DNA of 64,000 nt from the human T2T-CHM13v2.0 reference genome, Homo sapiens, in the NCBI RefSeq assembly GCF_009914755.1, contig NC_060932.1, one strand, 5' to 3'. Each line of letters opens with the position of its first letter. Within the stretch, counting starts at the first letter, position 1. The notes beneath the pieces were generated by a model. The model searched no databases, was not told the origin of the DNA, and was given only the letters and a program-made list of their open reading frames with translations. Both the position numbers and the translations under genes were made by a program. Positions 22,709 to 36,452 of the stretch are shown one piece after another.

Positions 22709-24762
22709 GTAGGCGCTCCCGGGCCAGGACCCGGCTGGGGTCGGGGGCGCGGGACGGGGTGGTAGGCAAAGGTGCTTGGGGTCCGGCCAACGCTTGGGCT
22801 GGGCACAGGGCGGATCAGTAGATTGGGTCAGATAAGACGCCATTTGACCAGGTTCACGTTTTTGTGGATCGAGGGGTTTCCCATGGAGTGATATAATGGG
22901 GGCGCCTAGAGGAAGTGCAGTGTTCAGTGGCTTTCTCTATCTGTTCCTTTCCTCAGCGCCCAGTGTAGCGCGTGGCGTTCCATATAAGTTGTGGAATTGA
23001 AATGGATTCCAGGGCCATGCCATTCCCCTTCTCTCATTCTCCTCGCTCTCCACCCCCCCTCCCCCGCCAATGTCCTGGAAGGACGCCCTTTAGTGGGTGC
23101 CTCCTAGGAGCTTGGAGCAGCTGGCAGCTCTCTTGCCGGGCTTGCACGGCACCCGGGCTCAGTTGTAGGTGGTAAGGGGGCTGGAAGACTGTGTCCGGCT
23201 CCTGCCTTGGGGATTCCGAATTGAATCCGCGCTGAGACTAGAACACGCCCTCCCAAGGGAGCAGTCCCAGAGTCATCCACCCGAGGCGGAGGAATCTGCT
23301 CGGAGTAGAAATGTTGAAAAGCCCACACCGGCCAGGAACCCTCGCTTCGATTCACTTTATTTTCCAGCCAGCGATTTTCCTTTGAACATAGGGATCCCAT
23401 CCAGGAGGAGGAGACACAGCTCCTAGAAACAGGATCCGCCGGGTCCTCCTCCTGCGCGGGTAGACGCAGAACGTTCCCACAGTCTACTTTATGCGAGCGT
23501 GGCACCCCTGCTTGAGGCACCCCAGAGCACCCTCGGGCCGCTCCTTTTCACCCGAAAGATAGGATCACCCCCCAGTTAAGTCGCTTCTGGGTTTTCCGCA
23601 ACTCACCTGACACTCCCAACACCCCGACCCCGTCCCGGGGCTCGCTGCTGCCACCTACTGCCCAACCCGAATGAAATTTCAGACGCATGATCAAGCCCAG
23701 TTTAATAGGGAGGAAAAAAAAACCTTTTCTTCTCCATGACTGGGGCTAAGAGCTGTTCTGGGACAAGCATGTATGTGTGTGTGGTGGGATGGGATGGGAT
23801 GGGGTGGGAGGAGGGGGCAGCAGGGGATTTTTCTAGCTGGTGCCAGAGCAGCCAGGCCTCTTAGAGGTGGGGTGAGTCTGGCCATTGTGCAACCCCTTCC
23901 AGTTCCTCTGAGCAGATAATAGCTGAATCCAGATGGTGACAGCCCGTGTGTCACCGTTTCCAGTTGAGTCTAGGATATGAGTAACTGGACTAAACAAAAG
24001 GCCTTTAAAGAGACCAGCCAGCTTCCTAGAAGAGAGGAGATGCTACTCATTTCTAGGGGTGGGGTCGGGTGTGGGGGGATAAACAAACAAGTGGAAAACC
24101 CATTCGCAGGATTCCATACCCTTCCTGTGAGAATTGTAACTCAAGGCTGCTTACACTTGAGTCGGACTGTAGGCAGGTTGCTTAAGGCTGCATTGTCCCA
24201 GCCTCCCCCTCCAAGTCATCTGTTCCTTCTGATTAATGACAGCTCTGCATGTTCTCTGGCCCCTGCTTCCCCTTGGAGGCTGCAGAGTCACCACATTCTG
24301 TGCCCTTTCTGTGTTGAGCACTTTGGGTCTGCAGGAGGCACATGCACGTCCAGGGACTGCTTTTCAGCTCCTGGACAGGCCAGGGGCTTCCTTCTATCAG
24401 CCACTCAACTAGTGTGGCCTGCAAACAGGAAAGGGCCACAGAGGGTGGGGGGTTTGCTTAGCTCTCAGGAGCTGACAGAAGATGGGAACATGTACAGGAG
24501 ACAGTTCTTTCAAATCATCTGTGTGAAAGCGGGTAACCCTTTGGGTATTTGCAAGTCTAGAGCTTTAGGTGTTACTGGTTTTAAAGGTGTCAGGGGCAGC
24601 TGGGGCTGCGTAAGGTAAGGTGGCAGAGGAAAGGAGTAGGTGAATGGAACTTACTCACATCCTAAGCCCACAGGTTGAGAACTTCTGTTCAGCTCCCTCA
24701 GGGGTTTGGGAGGCTGCCTTTGCTTTTCTAGCCCCCTAAACGGGCCCCCCTTCTCTCTACAG

Positions 24763-25055
24763 GTGTTTCCCATTAAACACTACCAGGACAAAATCAGGCC
24801 TTACATCCAGCTGCCATCGCACAGCAACATTACTGGCATTGTGGAAGTGATCCTTGGGGAAACCAAGGCCTATGTCTTCTTTGAGAAGGACTTTGGGGAC
24901 ATGCACTCCTATGTGCGAAGCCGGAAGAGGCTGCGGGAAGAGGAAGCCGCCCGGCTCTTCAAGCAGATTGTCTCCGCCGTCGCCCACTGCCACCAGTCAG
25001 CCATCGTGCTGGGGGACCTGAAGCTTAGGAAGTTCGTCTTCTCCACGGAGGAGAG
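24763..25055 (+). CDS. TRIB1: TRIB1 coding exon 2 (VFPIKH...STEE; contains the LGDLKLRKF catalytic-loop motif)
   Basis: Polypyrimidine tract + TACAG|GTG acceptor; donor AG|GTGAGC at 25055/25056. 293 nt, phase 2. Confidence 0.98.
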
Positions 25056-27451
25056 GTGAGCGGCCGCCACAGCTTCTCCTGTGGCCTTTTGGAACCAAAG
25101 CGGAGGTGCAGGTCATGTAGTTAGGTGCTGTGTGTTGGTGCAAAACAAAGTCAAGGGCTCATATGTCCCAGATTTAGTATTTAGAGCTTCTGTTCCTGAG
25201 GAGTCACAGCCAAGGTTGGTTTATTCTGCATTCTCTTGGACGGGGCCTGGGGACACCGTGGCGCTTCTATGGGATGGCAAGTGTTGACAGGGTGCTCTTC
25301 CTCTCCTACCCCAGGATCAGGTTCATTCCCCATTGTTGTCAGAAAGGTCAGTTGTCTGGGGTACAAATATTAAACTGCCCTTTACGATATTGCCTTCTGA
25401 AGGAAGTGTTCAAATCTTTGCTTATGCCAAGTGCTGTTTTGTACCTGGAAGGTTTCACAGAGCTAGTGAGACTGTCATATATGCAGAATTCCACCCTCTT
25501 GTTTCACACAGCATTCCTCTCCCATCCCAGTCCAGGTTCTCTGTAACATCACATTCTCTGGTGACTTTTTAGACAGCTTGTTTGGATCCGTCTTCAGAAA
25601 ATAGCCACATTGAATAGTAAATGGAAGTTGGTTAGGATGGATTGCTAAATATAGATCATAGCTTACCTCATAAAGAACAAGATGAGCTTGATAAGAGAGT
25701 AATGAGGCATTAAGATTCAAAGCTGAGGTTTCAGCTAGAGAATTCAGGAAGCCGCATGAGATAGACCACACTTGATTTTAAGAGCCAGCCACATCCCTTG
25801 TGGAAAGATTACAAGCAGTAAGGCTGTAACATTGTAGAGGTGAGAGTGAGTTAGTTTGTTGTAAGAAGTGGGCTTATCTCACCTGTGCATTTTTACCTTT
25901 GACTCCAGAGCATATGAAACAGTACAGGGTTGAGCTGTCATAAAGCATGACTTTGTATCTGACCTCGCAATAATTATTGGAACACACTGATTAGCAAAGA
26001 AAAGCAAACTGTTGGCAATGAAGAAGTTTCTAATTCCTGGAACATGCTCCTTTGATATGGTGATGCATTTTCTGAAACATGCCTTACACACCTCCTTACT
26101 AGCTTTTGAAATCTGCATTGCACAGGCGAATATCATGGGCATGGGGTTTGGCAACCCGGGGGTTAAGCAATGTCAGGCTGACGCTATTCGTGTAACCAGC
26201 ACAGGTGCAGGGTTTTAGTGCTGTAGCAGCCAATCAGGGGCAGACAGTGTGGGTTGAGTCATATTTTCCGTTTACAGAACCAATGGGTATTTTACATAAC
26301 GACAGGGAGGTCACGCTGAGGACATACTGAAGTTAGCACATGTATACTACACTCCAGGGAACAGGAAGGCAGAAAAAAAAAAAAACAGACCTTTGAGAGG
26401 AAAAGGAATTGACCCATCAGCCAGTACCAAATGTTTGCATTTAACTTCACAAGTGACTTACTGAAACGGGTATTTCAGAGAAGCAGGCAGAGACAGGGTG
26501 TCACTGGATATCAGAGCTTCCCCACCACATGGCTTTGAGCTTTGGGGGATCCAGGAGACTTGGGTGGCTGGTTCTGAATAAGGAGGCACCTGCAGCTTCA
26601 TAAGAGAGCCTTTGACTGAAGGTGTTTTAGACTTTCGTTGTTACCTGAACAGAGACCCCCCCTGTAGAATACATATGCTCACATGTTGATGTGCCATCCC
26701 AGGGGGAGTGTGTGTCCCTGTGTAAGAATTTCAGGGTCCCTGCGTCCCTGAAATCCATCAGCCACTTTTGTTTGCTCGCATAACCTCTCTGTCCAGGCAA
26801 AGTGTTCTTTGCAGTTAAACACCCCAATAAATGTAATTAACATTCCTTGCAACTTTCCCATCCTAATTGTTGCAGCCTGGGCCCAGGTGGACAAAGTTTG
26901 CTCTGTGTGCATGTATCAGTGTGGGCACCAGCGCTGATGACCTGTGTGTAATAGCAGTGACTTTGGGCTCCGTGTTCTGTAATGCAGTGTGGGTCCAGGT
27001 AGCCCTGGCAGTCATAAGAGGGAAGATGGGTTCGTAGGATGCTCAGGCCCTCTCTGAAGAAGTAGGATATGCTGCTCTTCCCTGCTAGCTTTTGTAGAGA
27101 ATGCAGCATTCTGAGACAGGCTCCCAGTTCTGCAATGGGAACTTAGTAAATTGCGTAACTCCTATTAGGATATCTCTTGTAAGCTCCAGCATTATGAATA
27201 CTATTTGGGGCTTTGCCTCATACCCTCCACCCCAGGCGCTCTGCCGATACTTTGCAAACATTTATTGCAGTTCGTGTTAGTTTGTGAAATCACGAGCCCT
27301 CGGTAGTTGCAGGGCACTGCTTACTGGACGAAGGGGTAAATAGCATTCCTGGAGCCTTTGCTGTTAGTGCCTGTGGGCGCTGTTATTGGGAAGGCTTTGT
27401 TTTTCATAGCAGCTGGTGTGGAAATAATGGCTTGGTTCCTCTCTCTTGCAG

Positions 27452-27917
27452 AACCCAGCTTAGACTAGAAAGTCTAGAAGACACACACATAATGAAGGGG
27501 GAAGATGATGCTTTGTCAGACAAACATGGCTGCCCAGCCTACGTGAGCCCTGAGATCCTCAACACCACTGGGACCTACTCCGGAAAGGCTGCGGACGTTT
27601 GGAGCCTGGGGGTGATGCTCTACACCCTTCTGGTTGGACGATACCCCTTCCATGACTCAGACCCCAGTGCCCTTTTCTCCAAAATTCGGCGTGGACAGTT
27701 CTGCATTCCTGAGCACATTTCCCCCAAAGCCAGGTGCCTCATTCGCAGCCTCTTGAGACGGGAGCCCTCCGAGAGACTCACTGCCCCCGAGATCCTACTG
27801 CACCCCTGGTTTGAGTCCGTCTTGGAACCCGGGTACATCGACTCAGAAATAGGAACTTCAGACCAGATTGTTCCAGAGTACCAGGAGGACAGTGACATTA
27901 GTTCCTTCTTCTGCTAA
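27452..27917 (+). CDS. TRIB1: TRIB1 coding exon 3: SLE in place of DFG (27471-27479), ILLHPW MEK-binding motif (27792-27809), DQIVPE COP1-binding motif (27861-27878)
   Basis: Acceptor CTCTCTTGCAG|A; split codon AG|A = Arg restores the frame; TAA at 27915-27917. The three exons sum to 360+293+466 = 1119 nt. Confidence 0.98.
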
Positions 27918-29852
27918 TCCCCAAAACCTCAGAAACCTCATAATTCTTAACACCTGGCATTTCCATTTCTAAAGATGGACAGGCCCTTTGGCGTGGTACC
28001 AACCAGATAATGACTGCATCAGGATGAAAGCTGCTGAACTCGGCATGGTGCCTCCTCTTCTCTGTTGGGATGAGTGACTTTATTGATTTGAGCAGCATAT
28101 GCTGTGATTGGCTGCCCTGCAAATTTGTTTCCCTTAAGGAACCCTCACCAACTATCTCTGCTGGATTTGGGAGTTCCGCATCTTTTGTGGAGGGCAGAGT
28201 ATGGACATCTTACACCCGGTGGTCAAGTGTGTAATAAACTTGAGCATTCGAATGGGAGAAAAAGCAAATCGCACAATGACATATTTTGAGTAATAACCGT
28301 ATTTTTCACAGGGTGACAAATTGGGCCAATAAATCTGCCATCTTTGAACTCATCTTTGGTGGCTAGACTGCTACGGCAGCTTCTCTGATGGGAAAGTTCC
28401 TTTTTTGGCTTAACACTCACCCTTTCTTCACACTCACATTTACCAATGACTCTGCTCCGTTTTTGGAGCAGACTGTTTTAAGTTGCTCAGGAGCCTGATG
28501 GAACCATGAACCGAGACTCTTCTCTGTTTCCTGCCAAGACCTCATCTGCACTAATGCCTTCTCCCTGACCTTGACACTTCCCCCTTTAGCTATAAAAGCA
28601 CTTACCAGCCGAACGTGGAACAGTATCACAAAAGATTCCATCTCCCAACGATTTCAGAACTCTGAGCTCAGAGAGACTCCAGATTTTAAAAAATAATTTG
28701 AGTGCTTGGAAACTATTAGCTTTTTAAGTTCCTTCCAAATATGTTAGTACCTACCCTTTACTTTTTCCCCAAGACCATCTCAGGGTGGAGCATTCTGTCT
28801 AAGAGAAGAAAGATAAGGAGGCTCCCACCCACCTCTCCCAAGAGCAGACATTAAACATCTTTGTGCTTTGAAGAGAGTGAATTTTGGATAGTCTTGTGAT
28901 TCTCAGACTAACTTCCAGAATTATACTTTAACCCCTCCCAGATATGGTCCGCCTTTGGCATTGTGTGTACATCTGCAGTTTTGCATGGTGGGTTGTTAAT
29001 ATTTCAAATGTGTGGTTTATGAATACGTCTGTATAATCGGCTTCTGGAGTGAAACAGCAAACCCCAAATCTTCAAAGTTGGAAGGAACTTTAAAAATCAT
29101 CCGGTCCAATCTCTTTCCTCTTTCTGCCACCTCCCAAGGCAGAAATCCCCTCTTCAGCTTCTTTTGTAGGTGGGAATCCAGCCTCTGTTAGATATGTCCA
29201 GAGATGGAAACTCACTCCCCTACAAAAGATGGAGCTTAATGGAGAAATTGCAACTTTCATTAAAAAACAAATTCAGATGAAATATCAGTAACTGTCTTGG
29301 ACAGTGCTGAAATCAGGTGGTTAAACGGGTAAACAAAATATACTGTATTTTGAGAAATGGCACAAAAACAGGCAGTCATCTTTAAGGGCTATGCCTAGGC
29401 AAACTACTAACATGCATTGTGAGAATGCCGTGTATACCTCACGTACTGTGTACTTTGTACATATATTTTACCTTTTATACCTATGTTCGATTTTGTTTTG
29501 TTTTGTTTTGTTCTGGCTTTGAGGCTTGTTTTGTTGTCTGTGTCTGTCTGAATAACCTGCGTGTCTAAAACCACGTGAAATGTGAATGATTATTGGCAAT
29601 ATTACCTTGACAGAATCATGGGACTTTGAGAAGAGGGAGGACAGAGGCCTCTGTCGCACTAACGCTCTCGTGGTTGCTCGACTGTTGTATCTGTGATACA
29701 TTATCCGACTAAGGACTCTGGGCTGGCAGGGCCTTCTGCCGGGAAAGCTAGAAACACTAGGTTCTTCCTGTACATACGTGTATATATGTGAACAGTGAGA
29801 TGGCCGTTTCTGACTTGTAGAGAAATTTTAATAAACCTGGTTTCGTAAATAG
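27918..29852 (+). other. TRIB1: TRIB1 3'UTR (~1.9 kb); end approximate
   Basis: Repeat-free sequence from the stop codon to AATAAA 29830-29835 followed by a GT-rich element. Confidence 0.85.
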
Positions 29853-29860
29853 GTGTGGTG
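29830..29860 (+). terminator. Main polyadenylation signal of TRIB1
   Basis: AATAAA at 29830-29835, upstream TGTA motifs (29769, 29779, 29816), downstream GGTGTGGTG then T-rich sequence. Confidence 0.85.
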
Positions 29861-30363
29861 AATTTCTTTCGAGTTCCATCTGCTTTGCCTTTTGCAATTT
29901 CATGCAGAGGTTGCAAAGGTCTCTGGCCTCAGGACTTACAGTCTAGTTGGGGGTGAGCAGCAAGGGGAAGGTGGAAAAGTAGAGATGATGAGGATCATCG
30001 ATGACCTTTGGCAGACTTGAACCCATTTGCTTTTCTCATTTCAGTGGGCAAATTTATTTTGATGGATGAAGCCCATTGGGTGTTGATACGTGCTTTGGGT
30101 TGAATTTAGACTCGGGAAACATTTTTTATTTTTTATACTCTTTCATAGCAGAATCAGAATCAAGAAACGTTTGAAGGTGAGCATTCATAAATTAACCTTG
30201 AGTTGTAAAAATCAGCTTGTCTTTTTTGGGCCGTGGACCCTTGAGAATTTGATAAAGCTATGACCACTCCTGAGAACAGTGTCACATGTATAAAACAAAA
30301 TTTTGTTATCATTGCAGAGGTTCACACAGATCTCTGAAGGCATCATGGGACTTCCGATTGTGA

Positions 30364-30717
<354 letters not shown>

Positions 30718-32514
30718 AAGCAAGGCATTTTCTTTCTTTTACTTTTTTCTTTCCATAAGTGTGAAAATGGAAATAAAAGCAAGGAAAATACTAAGGTGAC
30801 ATTAATTTGAATCACAAAAGTAGAGAAAGGAAAAGAGTTTTTTATTGTTTATAGCTTAACTATTTATAGCTTCACTTCAGAATCTAGTCTAAATGAAGTA
30901 AATTTGTATCCAGATTGATTTTTAAAAATACTTCACATTGTAAAATGTAACAACAGAAAAATGCACATATAAGTGTGTAGCTCAGTAAATTTTCACAAAC
31001 AACACACAGGCATAACCAATAGATCTAGAAAGCAAAACACTGGGAGGGCCTCAGGAACCTCTGCCTGCCCTTTTCAATTTTTGCCTGGTGCCTGCTCTAA
31101 GCGTAACCACCATGGGATGGGATTTTAATTCTAACCTGTATAAGTTAGGATGAGGACCAATTCATCAACTCTGGACTCATACGAAGAGGCAGACAGAAGT
31201 TAGTGATGACACAATTACCCTTTTTTAGGACTCAGGCTGGGATTGGCCAGGAAAGCAGACACTGAAGTTAGAGCAACTCAGGCCTTGTGACCCAGGAACT
31301 TAAGAAATGTAAAAGTCATCTCAGAAGCAACGTGGGAAATGGCCAAATGCCTGGGTAGCTTAGGAACTCAGAAGTTGGGGGTTGGTCTCTGGCCATCCCA
31401 TGAATAGGACTTTAAACCCCAAAGTTCCTGAAGCAGGCCTCACAACAGACCTTGTTGCCTGCTCCAGTGAACCCAGACAAGGCTCAGCGTGACTTCTTGG
31501 GCATTCAGGATGCTAATACTTCGGACTTCACCGAGGTTTTAATCTAAGGATTTCAAAAGACTTTGCAAGCAATTAAGGTTATAACACCTCTTTGTACTGT
31601 TGTTGCATGAACCAGATGGACAGAAATATGGGTCAGGATTGGCTGGGATGACATGTGATACCACAAATCCATACATTTAATCTCTTCTAAGGTTGGAACA
31701 AATCTGGGGCAATTGCAACCAGTTAAATTATATAAGGTCAGAATGAGTGTGCTGAAAAGCTGGCTGCTTTTATTTTCCCCTGTGTCATCAACATACTTGT
31801 CATTTGAGGAAGTCATCCAAGTAACATCTCAATAACCTTTTATTCATGTCATATTTTCTGGAAGTTTCTCCTCTCCTCCCCAGGGAGTCACAGCACATGA
31901 GTGAAACAGGCAAGTCAAATATTTCCCTGAAGTTGAAAAAACAGAGGCTCAAACGTCTTTCAGTAGCTACTCAGGAGTAAGCAGCTCAGAGCTGGGATAT
32001 GAACTTGGGTCTTTGGACTCCATGCCCAATGTTGTTGCTCTGCCTACACACCACCACACAAAGTCTCCTGGTAAGAATAATGATGAGAGAAAGTGGTTCA
32101 AGACAAATACAAATACTGAATTTTTAGCTCCACAAATGTCTTCAAATGACCCAGTATGTCAATTATAAATGTGTAGGCATTATGGAAGATGAGCAATCCA
32201 TTATTCATTCAACAAACATTTACTGGGCACCTACCATGTGCCAGACATTGTGGTAGACCCTTGGGAAATAGATGACTGAGGCTCAGTTCTGGCTCACTGA
32301 ATGGAAAGCTCCAAGAAGTCAGGGAGTGTGACAGTCTTGTTCTCCCCTGGCTCCTCAGCACCAGCACAGTGCCTTCCACAAGAAATTTGTCAAAAGCCAA
32401 CATGGGCCAGGTGTGGTGGCTCATACCTGTAATCTCAGCACTAGCACTTTGGGAGGCCAAGGCAGGAAGATCACCTGAGGCCAGCTGGAGACTAGCCTGG
32501 GCAACAACAAAACC

Positions 32515-32525
32515 TCATATACATG

Positions 32526-32605
<80 letters not shown>

Positions 32606-32730
32606 AAATATATTATATACATATATATATGCATGCCAATATGGATGGATCGGTGGGTGGGTAGATGGGTGCATGGGTGGGTGGGTGGGTGAATGGATGG
32701 ATGGATGAGTGGACAGGTAGGTGGATGAAT
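32515..32730 (+). repeat. Compound microsatellite (CA)n/(TA)n followed by (GGAT/GGGT)n
   Basis: Directly visible; follows an Alu left monomer at ~32405-32515. Confidence 0.95.
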
Positions 32731-32903
32731 GGCAATCCCCTAGCAGCTCAGAGTCTAATGGACCTCTAAGTCAAAGAGCCAAGGGCACAGAAGTGGAAGT
32801 CTTGTGACTAGGATCTCTTCCTAGTGCCAAAGTTTTTTTTGCTATATGACTGTGAATAAGCAGTCTGCTGGTTCTTATTTGCTCATCTTTTTTAAATTTT
32901 TAA

Positions 32904-33125
<222 letters not shown>

Positions 33126-33189
33126 TGATCTGCCCGTCTCGGCCTCCTAAAGTGCTGGGATTACAAGCATGAGCCGTTCTGCCCAACCA

Positions 33190-33399
33190 AGTGCTGCATA
33201 CTTTCAAATGGCCAGATCTCTACCAGATCTTGTGTGAACTCAGGGCAAGATCTCACTTACCACTAAGGGGATGACCCAGAGCCATTCACGAAGCATCCAC
33301 CTCCATGATCCAAATAGCTCCCACCAGGCCCCATCTCCAACATTGGAGATTACAATTCAACATGACATTTTCACAGGGACAAATATCCAAACCGTATCA
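33190..33399 (-). mobile_element. MST-type MaLR LTR fragment, abutting a minus AluS (~32888-33189)
   Basis: CCTCCATGATCCAAA...CCCACCAGGCCCCATCTCCAACATTGG...ATCCAAACCGTATCA is the reverse of the TGATATGGTTTGG LTR start. Confidence 0.8.
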
Positions 33400-34455
33400 G
33401 GCATTGCAGCAATGAAGAGTATGGAGTTGGCTTTTCAGCATGGCTTTGACTGGGAAAAGGAGGATCCCCACCACCCCCCAAAAAAGAGGAGTGGGATTTC
33501 ATTACTAACCCCTGGCAACTGCCCACATCAGATTTCAGTTGATTCTCTAATGATTTGATTGCAGTCAACAACTTAGCGGTCCTAGAAGCATTACCTCTCA
33601 ATCCTGCCAGACGTTTTGCAGTACACATCTTATTCTACCCTCTCAGTAACCCTGTGAAGAGGATGCTTTGTCTCCATTGACTAGATGTTGGTGCTGAGAT
33701 CCAGAGGCTGAAGAATTTGCTCAAGATCACACAGCTAATGAGTGGGTCGGTGAAACTGTAACCCTGGCATGCAAAACTTTAGATCTTTGCCTTTTTCTGC
33801 CCTGTGCTTTCCACATTGGGTCTGATGTGCTAGACCAGCAACATGATGTCTTCTTTTTGGAGCAGCCATTTTGCTGGGAGATTTTTTACTAGGGAGAGTA
33901 CAGCATGCTGGGTCAGCCCTGATTTCTGTGTATGATTTCTACCAGTGGAGAAACGCCAAGAGAGTGATCATGATGCACTAAGAGCCCTGCTAAGTGCCTC
34001 ACATAAATTATTAGCAAGTGATAACCTCACAGCACCCCTTGACGCAGTACTGTTATCATCCCCCTTTTGTAGCTTAAGACACTTAGAGACACTGAGGCTC
34101 AGAGAGGGTAGGTGGTTTGCCCAAAGTTACACAGCGCAGCGTTCATTTGCTAATTGCACATACCCTTAATGTGAAGGCTTACTGTTCTTTGTTTTTAGAA
34201 CTGGGAGCGGAGTGCATAAATAATTTAGTGCTAAGTCCTGCAACAGAGAAAAGGACATTATTGGAAAAGATGAGTGAAGTCAGAATGAAGTCTGGAGTTC
34301 AATAATAATGTATTAATGTTGGTTTCTTAGTTATGACAAATATACCATGGTAATGTAAAATGGTAGCCTTAGAGGTATATATATAGGCACCATCTTTGCA
34401 ACTTTTCTTTAACTCTAAAAATTATTCCAAAATAAAAAGTTTATTTTTCAATTAA

Positions 34456-34762
<307 letters not shown>

Positions 34763-35877
34763 TAAAAAGATATTTAGTTTGCACTTCTCCCTTTTTCAGC
34801 CAGGGGAAACTAAGGCTGAGACTGGGGAAATTAATAGCCAAGTAGCTATAAGCTACTCCTGACTCAGCACCCTCAGGCCTTCACCTGAAGCTCGAGCTTC
34901 CTGGGTGCCTGTTGGTGTGATCTGAGTGACCTTCTAGAACGTGGCATGAGGTAAGTGTATGCACGATGCTTCCATGGAATGTGTCAGAAACTTTTCTCGA
35001 CATGGGACATGGCATTTTGAAAAATCAGCTCATAGGTCTGACCTTTGGATCAGTGACCACATGAGTGTCTCCATCAGTTTTGTCATGTAGTCATCACTCT
35101 CAGTCAGCCACAGCACAGGGAGCCAGTCTGAGGGACGTGCCATGCACTCATGCGTTTTCATGCCATGCCTCATTAGCTAGGAGACAGTGGGAGCAAGTTG
35201 GGAAAAATGTCGCTGCCAGCAGGGCCTGGCCTCAGTTTGAAGAGGAAGGGATTTAGGGGTTAGGGCTTGAGTACACTCCAAAACAATTTCTCATCCAAGC
35301 TCCAATCCAAGAGGTTGTGTGGTCTGGGAGGTGGAGACACCATGCAAAAAACTCCCCGCTTCACCAGGAGGGCTGCTCTGTGATGAGGCTGATGGGGCCA
35401 GGAAGCGGGTTAGTTTACACTCCTCCCATTTTACAGATGGGAGCTGAGTTAGAGAGAGGGGAAAGAACAGCCAATGTGCGGCCAGTGCTCATTTTGTATT
35501 TGTACTTTTGTTGCTCTGTAGCTGGTGTTTAAGTTGGGTTCTAAATTCCTGCTGATTGACGTCTTTTTTCACTTCTACATTGCAGAACAGAATTGGTGGG
35601 TGACATTTCATAGGCAGCCCCCTAACGCTCAGTCTGTCTCAGACACCCTGCTGGACTGCCTGTGCCTACTAGGAGTGGAGAAAACAAATAATGACAATAA
35701 TAATGATGTTAGGAACCCCCATGAATTAAGTACTTGCTATTTGTCCAACCCTGCCTTTGGTACTTCGAAAGCATGTCTCATTTAATTCTCCCAACAACTC
35801 TGTGGGGAAGATATTCTTATTTGCCCCATTTTACAGGTAAGTACATGAAAGCCCAGAAAGTTTAAGTAACTTGCTCA

Positions 35878-36452
<575 letters not shown>

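Larger units (their letters stand above)
20560..23650. promoter_or_regulatory. CpG island spanning the TRIB1 promoter, exon 1 and the 5' part of intron 1
   Basis: Very high GC and unsuppressed CpG (many CGCG/GCGC) against CpG-depleted flanks. Edges by eye. Confidence 0.9.

Noticed and set aside
22099-22821. 240-aa TTG-start ORF overlapping TRIB1 exon 1
   Set aside because: Weak start context, alternative frame of GC-rich coding DNA, and it runs into intron 1.
23977-24618. 213-aa ORF in TRIB1 intron 1
   Set aside because: No homology or domain recognised and no coding-like composition; treated as chance.
27471-27479. Missing DFG (SLE) and altered HRD motif as signs that TRIB1 is a pseudogene
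   Set aside because: These are the established Tribbles pseudokinase features; the ORF and splice sites are intact.
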